Virus record (IMG/VR): IMGVR_UViG_3300033076_000881
Coordinates: 1-47,854 of that record
Length of the DNA: 47,854 nucleotides
Strand: one strand, 5' to 3'
Source of the DNA: a virus
Lineage: Duplodnaviria > Caudoviricetes
Below are positions 44,146 to 47,854 of the stretch, one piece after another (the first letter of the stretch is position 1; each line of letters opens with the position of its first letter). The position numbers were made by a program, and so were the translations under genes. The notes under the pieces are model-generated. The model had not been told where the DNA came from. It made no database searches and saw nothing but the letters and a program-made list of their open reading frames with translations.

Positions 44146-45882
44146 ATGGCCAAGCCGCAGCCGAACCTCGCTGCCACGAACGAGCGGCTTGCGCTGGAAG
44201 CACGCCTCAAGAACCTCGAGCAGCTTCGCATATCCTGGTGGCAGCACTGGCGCGAACTGGCCGACTTCATCCTGCCGCGGCGGTTCAAGGCGTTCATCAC
44301 GCCGTACCAGCAGCAGCGCGGCCAGCAACTCAACACCAAGATCCTGAACAACACGCCGACCCTGGCGGCGCGCAACTGCGCCGCCGGCCTGATGTCAGGC
44401 ACCACGTCGCCGGCCCGGCCCTGGTTCCGCATGACGGTCCCCGACCCGGAGATCATGCGCGACCGCGAGGTGCAGGAGTGGTGCAACGAGGTGACCAAGC
44501 GCGTCATGCGCGTCATGGCCACGTCGAACTACTACGGCAGCAAGGCGGCGCAGTATCTCGATCTGGTCGTGTTCGGCACCGCGCCGATGATCATCTACGA
44601 GAGCGTGGAGAAGGTGATCCACTGCTTCAACCCGGTCTGCGGCGAGTACACCGTCGCCGTCAGCCCCGAGTTCGAGGTGGACACCCTGTTCCGCCGCTTC
44701 ACCATGACCAGCACCCAGGTCGTGCAGGAGTTCGGCATCGACGCCTGCTCGGACATGGTGAAGAACCTGTACCGCAACACGATGATGGGCGGGCGCGACA
44801 CCGAGGTGATCATCGCGCACTGCATCATGCCGAACAGCGAGTATGCGGACGGCGAGTACGCCCCGGGCAAGGCTGGCCTGCCGCGCAAGTTTCGCTGGAA
44901 GGAGTGCTATTGGGAGTACGGCCGCGCCGCGAGCGATGCGCGCCTGAACCCCTTCCTCCGCGTCCGCGGCTTCGACGACAACCCCGTCTCCTGCCCGCGC
45001 TGGGATGTGAACGGCAACGACGCCTACGGCCGCAGCCCCGGCATGGATGCCTTGGGCGACGCCAAGCAACTACAGTTCCAGGAGCGCAGCAAGGCCAAGG
45101 CGATCGACAAGCTGGTCGATCCGCCGATGGTGGCCGACGTGGCGATGAAGAACGAGCCCGCCAGCCTGCTGCCCGGGTCGATAACCTACGTCCCGAACAC
45201 CGGCCAGGGCTCGGTCGGGTACTCGCCGGCGATCAAGGTCGATCCGAAGCTGGCTGAGATGCAGGACGACATCCGTGGCGTCGAGCAGCGGATCAAGGAC
45301 GCCTTCTACAACGACCTGTTCCTGATGATCAGCCAACTCGACACCGTGCGGACGGCGACCGAGATCGACGCCCGGCGCGAGGAAAAGCTGGTGATGCTCG
45401 GCCCGGCGCTGGACCGGCTGCAGCGCGAGGGGCTGTCGAAGGACATCACGCGCATCTTCTCGATCATGGCCCGCCGCGGCCTGCTCCCGCCGATGCCTGA
45501 GGCGATGGAGGGGATGCCGCTCAAGATCGAGTACATCTCGCTCCTGGCTGACCTACAGCGCGCGACCCAGACGACCGCGATCGAGCGGCTGTGGGCCTTC
45601 GCCGGGTCGATCTCGGCGGGCGTCCCGTCCGTCCTGGACAACATGGATGCCGACGCCTCGATCGAGGAATACGCCGAACTCATGCGCGTGCCGCCGCGCG
45701 TCCTGGCCGACGTGAAGCAGCGTGACGCCGCCCGTCAGCAGCGCAACGCGCAGCAGGAGATGGCGACGACGATGCAGGTTGGCGCCGAGGCCGTGAACGC
45801 CGGCAAGGTGCTGTCCGAGACGGATGTCGGCGGCGGCCAGAATGCGCTGAGTGCGATGCTGAACGGAGCGGGGGGCCTCTGA
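44146..45882 (+). CDS. Portal (head-tail connector, T7 gp8/Bbp21 family)
   Basis: GLMSGTTSPARPWF, DLVVFGTA, RW.....AYGRSPGMDALGD, RTATEI..R.EEK..MLGP. Confidence 0.93.
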   Translation: MAKPQPNLAATNERLALEARLKNLEQLRISWWQHWRELADFILPRRFKAFITPYQQQRGQQLNTKILNNTPTLAARNCAAGLMSGTTSPARPWFRMTVPDPEIMRDREVQEWCNEVTKRVMRVMATSNYYGSKAAQYLDLVVFGTAPMIIYESVEKVIHCFNPVCGEYTVAVSPEFEVDTLFRRFTMTSTQVVQEFGIDACSDMVKNLYRNTMMGGRDTEVIIAHCIMPNSEYADGEYAPGKAGLPRKFRWKECYWEYGRAASDARLNPFLRVRGFDDNPVSCPRWDVNGNDAYGRSPGMDALGDAKQLQFQERSKAKAIDKLVDPPMVADVAMKNEPASLLPGSITYVPNTGQGSVGYSPAIKVDPKLAEMQDDIRGVEQRIKDAFYNDLFLMISQLDTVRTATEIDARREEKLVMLGPALDRLQREGLSKDITRIFSIMARRGLLPPMPEAMEGMPLKIEYISLLADLQRATQTTAIERLWAFAGSISAGVPSVLDNMDADASIEEYAELMRVPPRVLADVKQRDAARQQRNAQQEMATTMQVGAEAVNAGKVLSETDVGGGQNALSAMLNGAGGL

Positions 45883-46100
45883 TGCCGTACGTGATCACCA
45901 AGCCAGGCGGCGAGTACTACAGCATGTGGGGCTGGCGCGCGTCGCAGGCCGCCGCCTTCCAGTTCCGCAGCAAGGAAGATGCGCTCGATCACGTCCGCAC
46001 CCAGCGGCTCATCGGCGCCCTGGTCGAGCAGTACAAGCCGCCGTCGCCCGCCGGCCTTGAGCAGATCGCCCCGTTCGGGACCGAGCGGCCGACATCGTGA
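45882..46100 (+). CDS. Hypothetical protein
   Basis: Coupled at both ends. Confidence 0.6.
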   Translation: MPYVITKPGGEYYSMWGWRASQAAAFQFRSKEDALDHVRTQRLIGALVEQYKPPSPAGLEQIAPFGTERPTS

Positions 46101-46408
46101 CCGGCCCCAAGACTTCCTTCGCCACCGCGGCCGGGGTGCGCAAGCAGAAGCGCGACCTGAGCCTGCGAGACGCCCAGGACACGGCGGTGCTCGAGGCGCT
46201 GCTGGCGACCGAGGACGGCCGGCGCTGGTTCATGTGGCTGCTACAGGAGGTGTGCGGGCTGACCGCCACCGTGGCCAATGCGGCTTTCGATCCACACGGT
46301 CTGCACTTTCGTGAGGGTGCACGAAATGTAGGCTTGACATTACACCAACAAGCGTTGCGTTTAGCGAAGGCACCGTATATGGTGGCCGTGCGCGACCACC
46401 TGCGCTAG
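46097..46408 (+). CDS. Bbp19-like protein
   Basis: LL.TEDGRRW.MWLL...G......FREGARNVGL motif between portal and scaffold. Confidence 0.7.
   Translation: MTGPKTSFATAAGVRKQKRDLSLRDAQDTAVLEALLATEDGRRWFMWLLQEVCGLTATVANAAFDPHGLHFREGARNVGLTLHQQALRLAKAPYMVAVRDHLR
46355..46383 (+). promoter_or_regulatory. Candidate internal promoter for scaffold/capsid genes
   Basis: TTGCGT-N17-TATGGT in a locally AT-rich patch; TTGACA also at 46334. Confidence 0.45.
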
Positions 46409-46426
46409 ATCTGGGGGCTGTACAGA

Positions 46427-47167
46427 ATGCTGCTTCGGTGGGCTCGGATCGCATACGCTGCGGATGGCGCAGAGGGCGGATCCCCCGATGTCGTCGAGAC
46501 TGCGCCGGCCGACGCGGCGCCTGCGACCGAGCCCGCCGGGGACCAGGGCGGCACCTCGCTGCTGACCGAGGCGCCGCCCGCCGAGACGCCGGCCGACGCC
46601 AAGCCCGAGGCCGCCCCCGAGCCGATCGACCCCGCCTCGTACGAGGTGAAGCTGCCCGAGGGGCTGGATCGGGACGACGATCTGCTGACCAGTTTTCTGG
46701 AAGGCGCCGCCAAAGGCGGCATGGACAACGAGAGCGTCCAGGCCGTGCTCGACAGCCTGGCGCCGAAGCTGGCCGAGCGGCTGGCCGGGCCGTCCAAGGC
46801 GTGGGCCGACCTGAACGGCGAGTGGCAGAAGGAAGTCCGCGGAATGCCGGACATCGGCGGCGACAAGCTGCCGGGCACGGTGTCCGCGATCTCCCGGGCC
46901 TTCGATCAGGTCTGCACCGGCTACACCCGCGCGGACGGCACCGAGGTGTCGGCCAAGCAGGAGCAGGCCGACCTCAAGGCGGCGCTGGACCTGACCGGCG
47001 CCGGCAACAACCCCGCCATCGTGCGGGCGATGCATCGCTTCGCGGTGCGGCTCATGGAACCTGGGGCGGATGGCCGCCCCGGCGCGGTGACGGGCAGCGC
47101 GGTGCCCAACCAGCCTTCGACCGCCGCGCGCATGTACCCATCCGCCAGCGATGGCGTGAAGTCGTAG
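46427..47167 (+). CDS. Capsid scaffolding protein
   Basis: Acidic Pro/Ala N-terminus, YEVKLPEG, TGAGNNPAIVR, A.RMYP end; precedes the capsid gene. Confidence 0.8.
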   Translation: MLLRWARIAYAADGAEGGSPDVVETAPADAAPATEPAGDQGGTSLLTEAPPAETPADAKPEAAPEPIDPASYEVKLPEGLDRDDDLLTSFLEGAAKGGMDNESVQAVLDSLAPKLAERLAGPSKAWADLNGEWQKEVRGMPDIGGDKLPGTVSAISRAFDQVCTGYTRADGTEVSAKQEQADLKAALDLTGAGNNPAIVRAMHRFAVRLMEPGADGRPGAVTGSAVPNQPSTAARMYPSASDGVKS

Positions 47168-47180
47168 AGGGGGCTGAAAC

Positions 47181-47854
47181 ATGGCTGTCGTTGGGGCGAC
47201 CTACCTCAATCTCGCCGATTGGCAGAAGCGCGCGGACCCAGACGGGACCATGGCGCCGATCATCGACCTGCTGTCCCAGAGCAATGCCATGCTCGAGGAC
47301 ATGCCGTGGGTCGAGGGCAACCTGCCCACCGGCCACAAGACGACCGTCCGCACGGGCCTCCCGTCCGGCACCTGGCGTCAGCTTTACGCCGGCGTCCAGC
47401 CGACCAAGAGCACGACCGCCGAGGTGACCGAGGCGTGCGGCAACCTCGAGACGTACTCCGAGGTGGACAAGGACCTCGCGGACTTGAATGGCAACACCGC
47501 CGCGTTTCGGCTGGGCGAGGACCAGGCCTTCATCGAGGGTATGAGCCAGGACATGCAGGCCGCGGTCTGCTACTCCAATGCCATCTCGACGCCGTCCCAG
47601 ATCATGGGCCTGGCGCCGCGCTACAACTCGCTCTCGGCGTCCGTCTCCACCTCGGCGAACATCATCGACGCCGGCGGCACCGGCTCGACGAACACCTCGA
47701 TGTGGCTGATCGGCTGGCACCCGAACACGATCGCGGGCATCTTCCCCCGCGGCAAGATGGCCGGCCTGCAGCAGCGCGATCTCGGCGAGGACACCAAAGT
47801 CCAGACCGATGGCTCGTTGTACCAGGTGTATCGCTCCCACTTCAAATGGGAGTG
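47181..47854 (+). CDS. Major capsid protein, N-terminal part (missing from the ORF track because it runs off the end)
   Basis: GAGGGG RBS; MAVVGATYLNLADWQKR..IIDLLSQSN.MLEDMPW.EGNLPTGHKTTVRTGLP; 347 aa when joined to 1-370. Confidence 0.92.
   Translation, partial: MAVVGATYLNLADWQKRADPDGTMAPIIDLLSQSNAMLEDMPWVEGNLPTGHKTTVRTGLPSGTWRQLYAGVQPTKSTTAEVTEACGNLETYSEVDKDLADLNGNTAAFRLGEDQAFIEGMSQDMQAAVCYSNAISTPSQIMGLAPRYNSLSASVSTSANIIDAGGTGSTNTSMWLIGWHPNTIAGIFPRGKMAGLQQRDLGEDTKVQTDGSLYQVYRSHFKWE

Overview
The window appears to be one complete, circularly permuted genome of a GC-rich podovirus-type tailed phage, with BPP-1/epsilon15-like virion genes and an APSE/Bcep22-like replication module. The major capsid gene runs off the right end (47181-47854) and continues in frame at position 1 (FKWEC|GLAVRDWRY). 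The plus-strand arm (about 39100 round to 19392) carries terminase, portal, scaffold, capsid, fibres, tail tube, ejection and lysis genes. The minus-strand arm (19489-32981) carries prim-pol/helicase, family A DNA polymerase, SSB, exonuclease, SNF2 helicase and resolvase. I saw no RNA polymerase, integrase, reverse transcriptase, canonical tRNA or CRISPR array. The most notable observations are: (1) an array of ten small genes at 34174-37345 built from repeated parts, namely eight exact copies of a 13-nt leader that places the Shine-Dalgarno in a hairpin loop and four covarying stem-loops that start at the upstream stop codon; (2) a DNA polymerase split inside its proofreading domain by an intact, translationally coupled DNA methyltransferase gene; (3) six unrelated proteins sharing a C-terminal ..LLG-type tail; (4) several candidate anti-defence genes (Tad2-, Acb2-, ArdA- and Mom-like). 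All family assignments come from motif recognition by eye, not database searches.
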